Shown: piece after piece, positions 50,768 to 60,198 of the stretch
How positions within the stretch are numbered: the first letter of the stretch is position 1
Layout of the letters: each line of letters opens with the position of its first letter
Origin: Truepera sp.
Lineage (GTDB): Bacteria; Deinococcota; Deinococci; Deinococcales; Trueperaceae
DNA: 64,000 nt
NCBI GenBank assembly: GCA_965218435.1
Contig: CBDCKW010000009.1
Coordinates: forward strand, 2,304,001-2,368,000
Reading direction: 5' to 3'
Program-made: the position numbers and the translations under genes
Notes under the pieces: model-generated
Told to the model about the DNA's origin: nothing
The model's database searches: none
What the model saw: the letters and a program-made list of their open reading frames with translations, nothing else

Positions 50768-51610
50768 TTACTTACTGCTCTCGTCCCCAGTCGCCACCGG
50801 ATTTTCGTCATGACTGCTCCAGTCGCTCCACGACCCGACGTAAAGCCTTGCCCCTTTAAGCTGCGCCTCTTCTAACGCGAGCGCGTTGTGCGCCGCCGAT
50901 ACCCCTGAACCACAGTACAAAATAATTTCGTCAGCGTCTTCAGCTTCAGCAAAACGCGCTTTTAGCGCCTCCGGAGATTTGAAACAGCCGTGCTCGAGGT
51001 TATCCGTAAACGGTTTGTTGATCGCGCCGGGGATGTGTCCGGCTTTCTTGTCGAGCGGCTCACTTTCGCCGCGATAACGTTCGGGCGCACGGGCGTCAAA
51101 GAGCTTGACGCGGCTGTCGCCCAGTTTGGCTAAAACTTCGTTCATGGTCGCGGTCAGGTGCGGGCGCAGATGCAGGGTCAAAGGGCGCGGTTCGGCGCTG
51201 GGCAACGCTTGCGTAACGGGTAGCCCCGCCGCCGTCCACGCCGAGTAGCCGCCGTCTAACACCCGTGCGTCGTCAAACCCGGCGTAGCGGAGAAGCCACC
51301 AGAGCCGCGCAGCGAACATCCCGCTCGAGTCGTCGTACACCACGACCTTGGCACCGTCGCCGACGCCGTGCATTTGTAAGGTGCTGGCAAAGGCGAACAT
51401 ATCGGGTAGGGGGTGCCGCCCCCCCTTGGCCCCTTTAGGCCCCGAGAGGTCGTCCTCGAGACTCAAAAAAACTGCGCCGGGTAGATGGTTCTCGTCATAA
51501 AGCTTGCGTCCGGCGTCGTGGTCACTTAAGGATGCCCGCACATCAACGGTGCAGAGGTCAGGGTCACCCAAACGCGAATGGAGTTCGGAGGCTGAGATCA
51601 GGTTAGACAT
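50768..51610 (-). CDS. Sulfurtransferase (tandem rhodanese, SseA-like)
   Basis: HLPGA, GRHPLP, DARAPERY.G, GHIPGA, YCGSGVSA, LYVGSWSDW. Confidence 0.93.
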   Translation of the reverse strand: MSNLISASELHSRLGDPDLCTVDVRASLSDHDAGRKLYDENHLPGAVFLSLEDDLSGPKGAKGGRHPLPDMFAFASTLQMHGVGDGAKVVVYDDSSGMFAARLWWLLRYAGFDDARVLDGGYSAWTAAGLPVTQALPSAEPRPLTLHLRPHLTATMNEVLAKLGDSRVKLFDARAPERYRGESEPLDKKAGHIPGAINKPFTDNLEHGCFKSPEALKARFAEAEDADEIILYCGSGVSAAHNALALEEAQLKGARLYVGSWSDWSSHDENPVATGDESSK

Positions 51611-51687
51611 AGGTTCTCCTTTTGAGCTTTCTCCTTTTGACTAGGACCCGCCCCGTAGTCCGTTTAGTTTAGACGCCCAGACCCCAG

Positions 51688-52923
51688 CTACTCAGTTGCC
51701 GGGATACGCTTAAAAAGCCGCGCCGTCACAATAAGTCCAGCTAAAAAGAGCACACTGCCTAGAAAAAAGGGCGCACCCGGCAGCTCAAAGGGGGCTAGCT
51801 CAGAGGTAAAAAAGCTAAATAATCCGGTCGTAAAAATGAGCGGCGCGGCGATGCTGCTCAGTGAAATCAGCGAGGTCAAAGCCCCCTGTACCTTCCCCTG
51901 TTCGTCAGGCGCAACTGAGCCCGCGACCAGCCCCTGCACCGCCGGACCCGCGACGCCGCCGAGCGACCCGGCGACAATCACCGCAATCATCATCCAGCCC
52001 TGCGACGCGAGCCCATAAAACAAAAACGTCAGCGTGGAAAAGGTCAACCCGACCAGAATCGTACGGCGCTCTCCGAGCCAGTTGATCGTTGGCCGAATAA
52101 GGACACCTTGAACAAGCACCGCCATCACCCCGACGAGTCCGAGGGTCAGACCGTTCGCCTGTTCGCCCCAACCGAAGCGGTAGCCCGTATAGAGTACCCA
52201 GACGGTCTCGAGTCCGCGCTGCGCCAGCGAGATAAAGACAAACGCTGCCGCCAACCCCGCCACCAGCGGATACGCGCCGAGCTGACCGAAACTGCCGACC
52301 GGGTTCGCCTTCCGCCAGCTAAACCCGCTCCGGTGCTCCTCGGGCAGCGATTCGGGCAACACGAAAAAGCCGTAAAGCCAGTTTAAGAGCACCAGCACCG
52401 CCGACGCGACGAACGGCAAGCGGATATTGATTCCGCCCAAAACCCCACCCAGCGCCGGGCCGAAGATAAACCCGAGCCCGAAAGCGACCCCGACGAGGCC
52501 GAAGTTCTGCGCTCTCGTCTCTGGCCTCGAGATGTCGGCGATATAGGCGTTGGCAGTGGTGATGCTCGCCCCGGCAACCCCAGCAACGACGCGCCCAACG
52601 ACCAACCAGCCTAGGTTCGGCGCAACGCTCAGAATCAGGTAATCCACACCCAAACCGAAAAGTGAGATGAGCAAAATCGGGCGGCGACCGAACCGGTCAG
52701 ACAGCGCCCCTAAAAGCGGCGCAAAGAAAAACTGCATGAGCGCGTACACGGCAGCGATCAGGCCGAAATAGCGGGCCGCTAAGACGCTGCTGCCGCCTAC
52801 AAATGTTTTGATCAGCTCGGGCAAAATCGGGATGACGATGCCGAGCCCTAAAATGTCCAAGAATAGCGTAATCAGGATAAATACGATCCCAGCCTGACGT
52901 GGTTTTACGGGCGGCTTCACCAA
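51688..52923 (-). CDS. TCR/Tet-family MFS transporter
   Basis: GALSDRFGRRP motif A, AYIADI, GFIFGPALGG. Confidence 0.9.
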   Translation of the reverse strand: MVKPPVKPRQAGIVFILITLFLDILGLGIVIPILPELIKTFVGGSSVLAARYFGLIAAVYALMQFFFAPLLGALSDRFGRRPILLISLFGLGVDYLILSVAPNLGWLVVGRVVAGVAGASITTANAYIADISRPETRAQNFGLVGVAFGLGFIFGPALGGVLGGINIRLPFVASAVLVLLNWLYGFFVLPESLPEEHRSGFSWRKANPVGSFGQLGAYPLVAGLAAAFVFISLAQRGLETVWVLYTGYRFGWGEQANGLTLGLVGVMAVLVQGVLIRPTINWLGERRTILVGLTFSTLTFLFYGLASQGWMMIAVIVAGSLGGVAGPAVQGLVAGSVAPDEQGKVQGALTSLISLSSIAAPLIFTTGLFSFFTSELAPFELPGAPFFLGSVLFLAGLIVTARLFKRIPATE

Positions 52924-53001
52924 ATTCTCCCTCGCTGCAACCGTCTAACTCTAAGCGCCGGACGGTCTTTTCCGCAAGCTGACGCGCGGTATGGTGGGCG
53001 G

Positions 53002-53796
53002 GTGAAACAGATCAGCTCAGCGCAAAATCCTGAAGTCCGGGCAGCGGCCAAACTCAAGCTGCGGCGCTCGAGAGAACGGGAACGTCGTTTTTTAGTTGAA
53101 GGGGTACGAGAGGTCACGCGGGCGCTCGAGGCTGGGGTGAGGCTTGAGACGCTTTATGTCTGTCCAGACTTTTTGGGAGACGATGGGCGCAGCATTCTTA
53201 AATCAGCTGAAGCTCGAGACGTTAGTATCACCGAACTTTCCGGCGCAGCCTTTAAGCTGCTCAGCTACCGGGAGAACCCGGACGGCATTGTGGCCGTAAC
53301 CGAGCGGCAAAAAAAAAGCCTGACCGACCTGAAACTGCCGGACGACGCACTCGTAGTGGTCGTAGAGGGGCTCGAGAAACCCGGCAACTTGGGCGCACTG
53401 CTGCGAACAGCCGACGGCGTGGGCGCACACGCGCTTTTTGTCACGGGGGGAGGGACCGACCTAGAAAACCCAAATGTGGTGCGCTCGAGTATGGGTAGCG
53501 TCTTTTCGTTGCCGACGCTCGCTGTCAGTAGTGACGAGCTTTTAGCATATCTGAACCATGAGCATTTTTCGCTCATTGCTACCACACCGCATACCGAGAC
53601 CCTCTACTGGGAGGCTGACCTTACGGGCCGCGCCGCGATTTTGCTAGGCGCAGAGCACAGCGGCTTGTCACCGGCGTGGTTGGCGGCGGGCGTACCGGTG
53701 CGGATTCCTATGCAGGGACAGGCAGATAGTTTGAACGTGGCGACGGCTGGGGCGCTGCTTCTTTACGAAGCGTTGCGGCAGCGGCGCACTCACTGA
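53002..53796 (+). CDS. TrmH/SpoU family RNA methyltransferase
   Basis: EKPGNLGALLRTA, LGAEHSGL, IPMQGQADSLNV. Confidence 0.92.
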   Translation: MKQISSAQNPEVRAAAKLKLRRSRERERRFLVEGVREVTRALEAGVRLETLYVCPDFLGDDGRSILKSAEARDVSITELSGAAFKLLSYRENPDGIVAVTERQKKSLTDLKLPDDALVVVVEGLEKPGNLGALLRTADGVGAHALFVTGGGTDLENPNVVRSSMGSVFSLPTLAVSSDELLAYLNHEHFSLIATTPHTETLYWEADLTGRAAILLGAEHSGLSPAWLAAGVPVRIPMQGQADSLNVATAGALLLYEALRQRRTH

Positions 53797-54154
53797 GGAG
53801 CAGTTCGGCAACCTGCGAAAACGCTTCAGCTTGGGGCGTTCCTAAAACTGCCGCATATGCGCCGGTCGCCCGGGCAACCCACGTCGTCAGCGGTTCGTCT
53901 AATTCGCTGACGAGCAGCAGCGTCGCGCCACTCTGAGCAGCAGCTTTTTTAAGCGCCGACAAGACGCCGAGGCCGCTCTTAAAGAGCACGTCCGCACTTA
54001 ACACGATAAGTTCAGGCGCGACCTGTGCAGCTTGCAAACTTGTCAGTGCAAAAGCGGGCGACGCGTCGCTGAGGAGCTGGGTATAGTGACCCGGCACGCT
54101 TAAGAGAGGATAGCTGCTAGGGATGGCGAGGAGGATGGAAGGGATAGGTGCCAT
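53708..54154 (-). CDS. Hypothetical protein, possibly a degenerate receiver-like fold
   Basis: TAGGCT 6 nt before the ATG; alternating beta/alpha pattern (PELIVL, LLLVS, TGAYAAV); overlaps the trmH 3' end by 89 nt. Confidence 0.45.
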   Translation of the reverse strand: MAPIPSILLAIPSSYPLLSVPGHYTQLLSDASPAFALTSLQAAQVAPELIVLSADVLFKSGLGVLSALKKAAAQSGATLLLVSELDEPLTTWVARATGAYAAVLGTPQAEAFSQVAELLLSECAAAATLRKEAAPQPSPRSNYLPVPA

Positions 54155-54461
54155 AGCGTTAGCCTAAAAGCTAGCGGGTCAGAGATAAGGCAAAAAGGCC
54201 ACAGCGCGGCCCTTTTGGGGGCTTGAAGTAAGAAACTTCACGGCTATGGTTTGACGCTCTAAGTTTCAACGTGGCGACGCACTATATTCTCTAAAAAAGT
54301 TGAGCTTGTTGCTATACTAGGCTTATGTTCTTCTCCTAGTACATATTGAAAGCAAGCCCGGTCTGTTAGGTATCTACTTGTCCTTCACGGTACTGATGGG
54401 TGTCGTTGAGACTGGGCTGACTCGTTCCTTCAAAACCAAAAATGATTTAGGAGAAAACTTC

Positions 54462-55304
54462 ATGGTTCCCACCGAACACCATATTGATATTGCAGGTCGT
54501 TCCCTTTTTGCGCTCGAGGCCAGTTCAGGACACCCTACCGTTATTTTTGAAGCAGGTATGGGAGACTTCTCGAGAGCGTGGCACACCGTACAAGCTGAAA
54601 TTGCCAAGGTCACTAGAACCATCAGCTACGACAGAGCAGGGCGGGGTCAAAGTCAGTTTGCTGGTAAGAATCGAACCTGTGATGACTACTTAGCTGACCT
54701 CTCAGCGATGCTTGAAGCTCTGAACGTGGACAAGCCCTTTGTCTTCGTAGGGCATTCTTTCGGTGGCTATATCGCCCGTCTTTTTGCCTATAGGTTTCCA
54801 GAGAAATTAGCAGGTATTGTGCTGGTTGATTCGGCTCAAGAGGACACCATTTTCAAAATTCGGACGATACTCAGAAACGTATCTTTTCCTCCGAGGCAAT
54901 TCGATGAATCTAAATGGCTTACTTGGCTGAGATTTCATCAGTCTCAACATCTCGACCCTGCGTTTCCTGAAAACCTACTTAATGACGAAGGTCTTGATGT
55001 AACCTCTTGTGAGCGGCAGGTGCGAGAGATTACATCTTTGGGCGATTTACCTCTAGTTGTTATCTCTTCAACGAAGCGTACTGATGACCGGGACGCTGGC
55101 GCTACGGGTATTCCCGCAGAAACAGAGGCAGCTGCCGAGAAAGCGTTGACTGAGTGTCAAACGAAACTCTTGGAGTTATCAACAAACGCAACTCAAATCT
55201 TGGCAACCGAGAGCGGACATTATATTCAAGATGACCAGCCTGAGCTAATCGTCTCGGCTATAGTTCAAATGGTCGAGCGGGTTCGTCGTGAGCCTATGCT
55301 TTAA
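54462..55304 (+). CDS. Alpha/beta hydrolase (AT-richer accessory gene)
   Basis: VIFEAG, YDRAGRGQS, GHSFGG, SGHYIQ; AGGAG SD before ATG 54462. Confidence 0.88.
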   Translation: MVPTEHHIDIAGRSLFALEASSGHPTVIFEAGMGDFSRAWHTVQAEIAKVTRTISYDRAGRGQSQFAGKNRTCDDYLADLSAMLEALNVDKPFVFVGHSFGGYIARLFAYRFPEKLAGIVLVDSAQEDTIFKIRTILRNVSFPPRQFDESKWLTWLRFHQSQHLDPAFPENLLNDEGLDVTSCERQVREITSLGDLPLVVISSTKRTDDRDAGATGIPAETEAAAEKALTECQTKLLELSTNATQILATESGHYIQDDQPELIVSAIVQMVERVRREPML

Positions 55305-55392
55305 CTGCTGAGATAGAACGTCCGAGGTCGTCGGCTGAAGTGCAGATATTAGCCCACACGCTATCACCGAAGTGTCTTAACAGCAACGGTCT

Positions 55393-55422
55393 AAAGCTCG
55401 AGCCTTGCGGCTCGAGCTTTTT
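55393..55422. terminator. Bidirectional hairpin terminator built from two CTCGAG sites
   Basis: AAAGCTCGAGCC-ttgc-GGCTCGAGCTTTTT between convergent genes. Confidence 0.75.
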
Positions 55423-55433
55423 ACGGCGCTGAG

Positions 55434-56342
55434 TTAGGCTGCAGATAAAGCGTTAAAAGCCTCAGACAAACACCCGACGATTCGCTCAGCAATTTCACCT
55501 GAGACGTCCAAGTCAGGGTCATAAATGGTCACTTCCATGCCCATACAGTTGGGTGATGCCAACAGAGGCTCGAGCACTTTCCGGAGCACTTCAAACGATA
55601 AGCCGTCAGGTTCGGGGCAGTCTACTGCAGGCATTTCACTTTTATCTACAACGTCACAGTCTAGGTGCAGCCAAAATCCATCGGTTGATTGCGTCACAGT
55701 TTCAAGCGCAGCTTGAGCAACACGATAAGGATCGTCGCTTTGAACCGTACTGCTGTCGCTAATACCCATTCTGAAGCTTCGCAGTTCCTCAAGATGCTCG
55801 TCATTAGCTCTTACGCCGATGAGATGAACATCTTCGTCTTTTACATAAGGCCGAAACGATTCTAGGTTAGTGAGCCTTACGTCCCCCCGGCCTGTCACGA
55901 TGGCTAGGTCTTCACCTGCTGCCTCACCAACGGCAGGTGTGTTGTCAAGATGTCTAAAGTCGCTGTGGGCGTCGAGAAAGATGAGTCCGTAGCGTCCGCG
56001 TCGCCTGAGGGCAAGCGTATTACCTATCAAAATGCTACAGTCACCGCCGAGGACAACTGGAAAGAGATGCTCGTCCAGTAAAAGCTCGAGTCGGTCAGCC
56101 AAGGTGACTGAATAGGTAGCTATAGCGTCCGCATTTCTGTCACCTTCTCCTGCTTGCCACCGTGACCTATATCTAGGCGGCACAAGACTACCTGCGTCCT
56201 CCGCACCTATTTCTTCGAGTAATTGTCTGTTCCGCAATGCCCAAGGAAGTTTGTAACAGCCCGGTATGACGCCCTCTTCGGGTGGTCTAAGTCCGAGATT
56301 AGAGGGAGCGTCAAGAACAGCAATTTTTCTATGTGTGGTCAT
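55434..56342 (-). CDS. Arginase/ureohydrolase family protein
   Basis: GGDCSIL, DAHSDF, HLDCDVVD, IYDPDLD. Confidence 0.9.
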   Translation of the reverse strand: MTTHRKIAVLDAPSNLGLRPPEEGVIPGCYKLPWALRNRQLLEEIGAEDAGSLVPPRYRSRWQAGEGDRNADAIATYSVTLADRLELLLDEHLFPVVLGGDCSILIGNTLALRRRGRYGLIFLDAHSDFRHLDNTPAVGEAAGEDLAIVTGRGDVRLTNLESFRPYVKDEDVHLIGVRANDEHLEELRSFRMGISDSSTVQSDDPYRVAQAALETVTQSTDGFWLHLDCDVVDKSEMPAVDCPEPDGLSFEVLRKVLEPLLASPNCMGMEVTIYDPDLDVSGEIAERIVGCLSEAFNALSAA

Positions 56343-56444
56343 AGTTGGGTCAGTGTAGCAACATCACTACAGTTACCTCATCAAGGTTGTGTCACCGCAA
56401 CTTGGGACGGCCCCCCGCTCAGGCTGGGCTGATAGCATAAAGCG

Positions 56445-57308
56445 ATGATACGTCACGCACTCGTGCAGTTTAAGCCGCACAAATCGCAGCTGAGCAAGAA
56501 CTTGGCGCGGCTTTCAGACATTGTTCGGCAGCTGGAAGACGAGCAGATTGACGTTTTGACGCTGCCTGAAACCGCGCTGACCGGTTACTTTTTACAGGCG
56601 GGTGTGCGTGAGCAGGCGCTGACCGCAAGCGTACTTTTTGAACTTCTGCAAGATGCTGTGCGGGAGGCCGGACGCACCGACCCGCTAGACATCTGCCTCG
56701 GGTTTTACGAGCGCGAGGGCGGCGCGTTTTTTAACAGCGCGATGTACGCCGAATTTAATACCCCGAACGCGGGCATTCGGCACGTGCACCGGAAGATGTT
56801 TTTGCCGACCTACGGCGTTTTTGACGAAGAACGGTATGTATCTCGCGGTTGGGAACTGGGCGTCTTCGAGACCCGCTTCGGCCGCGCTGGGGTGCTCATC
56901 TGCGAAGACGCGTGGCACGCTTCGACAGCGGCGGTCTTGGCGCTGAAAGGAGCCGACATCTTGTACATTCCGACGGCGAGCCCGGTACGCGATCTGACCG
57001 GCGCAGAGCCCGTCAACGCACGGCGCTGGGAAGATACCGCGAAGGGCATCGCCGCCGAGCACGGCGTCTATGTGCTGACGACTTGCCTCACCGGGTTTGA
57101 GGGGGGCAAAGGATTTTCAGGAATGTCACACGTGATGGACCCTTACGGCGTCGTGGTGGCCAAAGGGGAGCTGTTTGACGAGCAGATGATTGTGACCGAC
57201 GTGCATTTAGAGAGTATCCAAACAGCACGTTACGAAAACCCACTGCTGGCTGACCTGCGCACGAACCTGCCCGAGTTGGTCCGCGCCTTTCAAGAGGTAG
57301 GAGAATGA
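56445..57308 (+). CDS. Nitrilase-family C-N hydrolase, probable glutaminase subunit of NAD synthetase
   Basis: LPETALTGY, HRKMFLPTYGVFDEERY, ICEDAW; 4-nt overlap with nadE. Confidence 0.88.
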   Translation: MIRHALVQFKPHKSQLSKNLARLSDIVRQLEDEQIDVLTLPETALTGYFLQAGVREQALTASVLFELLQDAVREAGRTDPLDICLGFYEREGGAFFNSAMYAEFNTPNAGIRHVHRKMFLPTYGVFDEERYVSRGWELGVFETRFGRAGVLICEDAWHASTAAVLALKGADILYIPTASPVRDLTGAEPVNARRWEDTAKGIAAEHGVYVLTTCLTGFEGGKGFSGMSHVMDPYGVVVAKGELFDEQMIVTDVHLESIQTARYENPLLADLRTNLPELVRAFQEVGE

Positions 57309-58183
57309 GTCAAACCCTCAGCCGTACCGAAGCGGTGCCCGTTCTGAGAGCTGAAGGCCGTCCGCGCAAATCACTGACGCTTAACCTACCGGTCACAACC
57401 GACTTTTTGGTTGCTTTTTTACGCGATGAGGTCACGCGGCGTAAAGGGTTTGGGCGCGTCGTGGTGCCGCTGTCGGGCGGGATTGACAGCGCCGTCACCA
57501 TCTACTTGGCAGTAAGGGCGTTCGGCCCGGAAAATGTTCACGCGCTAAGGCTGCCTTACCAAACCTCGCATTCGGACTCGCTGGCACACGCGCAGCTTGT
57601 CATTGACGACTTGGGCGTTCCGGCCCAGACGGTGGACATCACCGGGATGGTTGACGGCTACACCAAGCTAGTCCCAAACATGACGCCGCTGCGTAAAGGC
57701 AATGTGATGGCGCGGGCACGGATGGTCATCGCCTTTGACAAGTCCGCTGAGCTGAACGCGGTCCATCTGGGGACGGGCAACAAGACCGAAAGGTTGTTCG
57801 GCTACTACACCTGGCACGACGTCGCCGACGCCGCGCCGGTCAACCCGCTCGGTGATTTGTTCAAAACGCAGGTGAGAGCTTTAGCTGACTATCTGGGCGT
57901 CCCAAAGGAAATCTCGCAAAAACCGCCCTCAGCTGACCTAGTAGTCGGGCAATCTGACGAGGCTGATTTAGGCATCTCTTACGAGCGGGCGGATACGATT
58001 TTGATTCATCATCTGGCCGGGTTTGAAGACAGCTATATTGAGGGCTTAGGCTTTGCCGAAGCGGAGATTGCGCTAGTCAAAGGACTGGTCGCCAAAACGC
58101 ACTGGAAACGCGAACTGCCGATTTCAGCGGTGACCTCGAGCACCGCCATAGGCGAGTTTTATCTGCGGCCGGTGGACTATTAG
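57305..58183 (+). CDS. nadE: NAD+ synthetase
   Basis: LSGGIDSAV, GNVMARARM, GTGNKTE, PLGDLFKTQV, KPPSADL..QSDE. Confidence 0.93.
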   Translation: MSQTLSRTEAVPVLRAEGRPRKSLTLNLPVTTDFLVAFLRDEVTRRKGFGRVVVPLSGGIDSAVTIYLAVRAFGPENVHALRLPYQTSHSDSLAHAQLVIDDLGVPAQTVDITGMVDGYTKLVPNMTPLRKGNVMARARMVIAFDKSAELNAVHLGTGNKTERLFGYYTWHDVADAAPVNPLGDLFKTQVRALADYLGVPKEISQKPPSADLVVGQSDEADLGISYERADTILIHHLAGFEDSYIEGLGFAEAEIALVKGLVAKTHWKRELPISAVTSSTAIGEFYLRPVDY

Positions 58184-58536
58184 CCTGCAAGCAGAAATCT
58201 ATCGGTTTTTATCCGTGTCATAAGCTAAAGCGAACAACCCGGTTTTATCAGGCTTTGGGTTTGGCAGTCGCCAGACAAGGCAGTTATGTCAAGGTAACAA
58301 CGGGCGGGTTTGTAGGCTTTTGTCAGCATACTCAGCCGCTTCCCAACCATTCGGGACTTATCTTGACCTTAATCTTAGACGATATAGACGGCGTGTACCA
58401 AAACCTTACCGAGCTAGGCGTCGAGACCGAAGCGCCCCCTAAACTTAATGAACGTTTCGGTATCTACCACTTTTTTGTTCGCGACCCGGACGGCTACCGG
58501 CTCGAGCTACAACGCTTCGCCGACCCGCTAAGCTGA
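58184..58536 (+). pseudogene. VOC/glyoxalase family gene, apparently without its original start codon
   Basis: In-frame SIGFYPCHKLKRTTRFYQALGL..GFVGFCQH..IYHFFVRDPDGYRLELQRF; no ATG/GTG before TTG 58255. Confidence 0.55.
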
Positions 58537-58575
58537 ACCGGTATATTAGGCGCGGGGCAATTTCAGGAGGCTCGT

Positions 58576-58995
58576 ATGCACGGATTTTTTCGGGATTTTC
58601 AGCTTTTTATTGCCCGCGGTAACGTGTTAGATTTGGCTGTTGCGGTCGTGCTCGGGGCGGCGTTTGGATCGATCACCACGTCGCTGGTAGACGATGTGAT
58701 CATGCCGCCCATCGGTTACCTGATCGGCGGCGTAGATTTTCAAAATCTGGTCTTGCGCCTGAACAGCGAGGTTGTGATTCGTTATGGTGCATTCTTAAAC
58801 ACCGTCATCAACTTTTTAATCGTCGCCCTGGCGATGTTTGTAGTGGTGCGGGTTGCGACTGCGGTACAGAATTTTCGGCGTCAAGAGGCCGCGAGCGAAG
58901 AGGCTGAAGAACTGCCGCTCGAGGTCGCCCTCTTACAAGAAATCCGTGATCTGCTCGCCTCTAAAACAACTGCTGGGGAGACGCCCAAGTCCTAA
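58576..58995 (+). CDS. mscL: Large-conductance mechanosensitive channel
   Basis: FIARGNVLDLAVAVVLGAAF, YGAFLNTVINFLI, LLQEIRDLL. Confidence 0.96.
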   Translation: MHGFFRDFQLFIARGNVLDLAVAVVLGAAFGSITTSLVDDVIMPPIGYLIGGVDFQNLVLRLNSEVVIRYGAFLNTVINFLIVALAMFVVVRVATAVQNFRRQEAASEEAEELPLEVALLQEIRDLLASKTTAGETPKS

Positions 58996-59003
58996 ACTAA
59001 GGT

Positions 59004-59156
59004 GTGGCAAAGACGCGTAAAAAGTCCGAGTTGCCGAGTAAAGTGTGCGCACACTGTGGCCTGCCGTTTAGTTGGCGTAAAAAGTGGGAACGCGATTGGG
59101 ATAGTGTGCGCTACTGCTCGGAGCGGTGCCGCCGGGAAGCGAAGCGGAGTACCTAG
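59004..59156 (+). CDS. DUF2256 small zinc-finger protein (50 aa, absent from the ORF track)
   Basis: [56 protein letters not shown] 5 nt before GTG. Confidence 0.9.
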   Translation: MAKTRKKSELPSKVCAHCGLPFSWRKKWERDWDSVRYCSERCRREAKRST

Positions 59157-59176
59157 CACGCACCTATAGCCCACAC

Positions 59177-60016
59177 CTAGTGATGGAGCAGCACCGGTAC
59201 GTCAGCTTCTAGCACCACGTCCCTGGTCGTCGAACCACGAAAAAATTCGGCCAAGCGCCCGGTTTCAAATGCGCCGATGGCGATAATGTCGCCCGCTTGC
59301 GCCGCACCGACAATGGCTTCGGTGGGGTCACCTGTAAGAATGTCGGCGGCGAGGTCTACACCGTCTCTTTGAGCGTGCTCAAGCGCCCGCTCGAGGGGAG
59401 CCCTGGCCGTTTTCTCGTCGTCTTGCACGTTGAGGGCCAAAACCGGCAGCTGCGTAGGTTTGGCGAGCGCGAGCGTATAGGTGAGCGCCCCTTCAGCACC
59501 GTCCGAGCCGTCGTAGCCGAGGACGAGCCGCCGGGGTTCGGTAAAGTGACTCGTGACCAGCAGCACCGCTCCCTCAGCGCGGCGCACGAGGCGTTCAGCG
59601 ACGCTGCCGAGCCGAGCTGAGCGTTCTAGCTCAGCACTCTCCCCTTCTTTACCGATCACGATCAGGGTCTCCCCTTCGGCGCGGTCTAAAATCTCGTTTT
59701 CGATAGGGCCGGTCGGCAATTCGAGCTCAGCCGAGACGCCCAGCTCGTTGAGGAGTGCCTGCGTCTTGGCGCGAACCTCCTCGGCGCGTTTTTCCATCAC
59801 TTCTTGCAGTTCGGTATCAAAAGAAGGCGTTGACAACACCGGGTCCCCCATACCGACCTCGAGTTCACTCGGCGCGGTGACGGCGCGAAGGTCAATGACG
59901 TGGACAGCCCGGAGCGGCACCCTCAGGCGCTCACTGAGCAGCACCGCGTAACGCGTGGCTACCTCGGCGTAAGGAGAAGCGTCTACCGCTAGGAGGAGAG
60001 AAGAAAACTGAGTCAT
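59177..60016 (-). CDS. Tandem universal stress protein (USP)
   Basis: LLAVDASP, LGSVAERLVR, LGYDGS, GSTTRDVV..VPVLL; TATACT 6 nt before ATG 60016. Confidence 0.9.
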   Translation of the reverse strand: MTQFSSLLLAVDASPYAEVATRYAVLLSERLRVPLRAVHVIDLRAVTAPSELEVGMGDPVLSTPSFDTELQEVMEKRAEEVRAKTQALLNELGVSAELELPTGPIENEILDRAEGETLIVIGKEGESAELERSARLGSVAERLVRRAEGAVLLVTSHFTEPRRLVLGYDGSDGAEGALTYTLALAKPTQLPVLALNVQDDEKTARAPLERALEHAQRDGVDLAADILTGDPTEAIVGAAQAGDIIAIGAFETGRLAEFFRGSTTRDVVLEADVPVLLHH

Positions 60017-60198
60017 AGCGACAGTATAAAGGGCGCAACTATACTTGGCTGGGTGAACGGCTTTGTAACGTCGTAAGCGGATGGCGCAAGTTTCTTTTGT
60101 AGGCCAGCACCTTCTGCATTCTTGATTCCGAGTTCTTACTTCTGCAGGACACACTGCCCACGCTACCAACTCGTTCAGGCAAAACGTTCAGGTAGAAC

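Noticed and set aside
55300..55440. Integron attC site (GCCTAAC at the arginase stop)
   Set aside because: No matching GTTRRRY arm or attC-like fold was identified, and there is no integrase.
60017..60169. N-terminal extension of the USP gene
   Set aside because: Not protein-like; the TATACT box supports ATG 60016.
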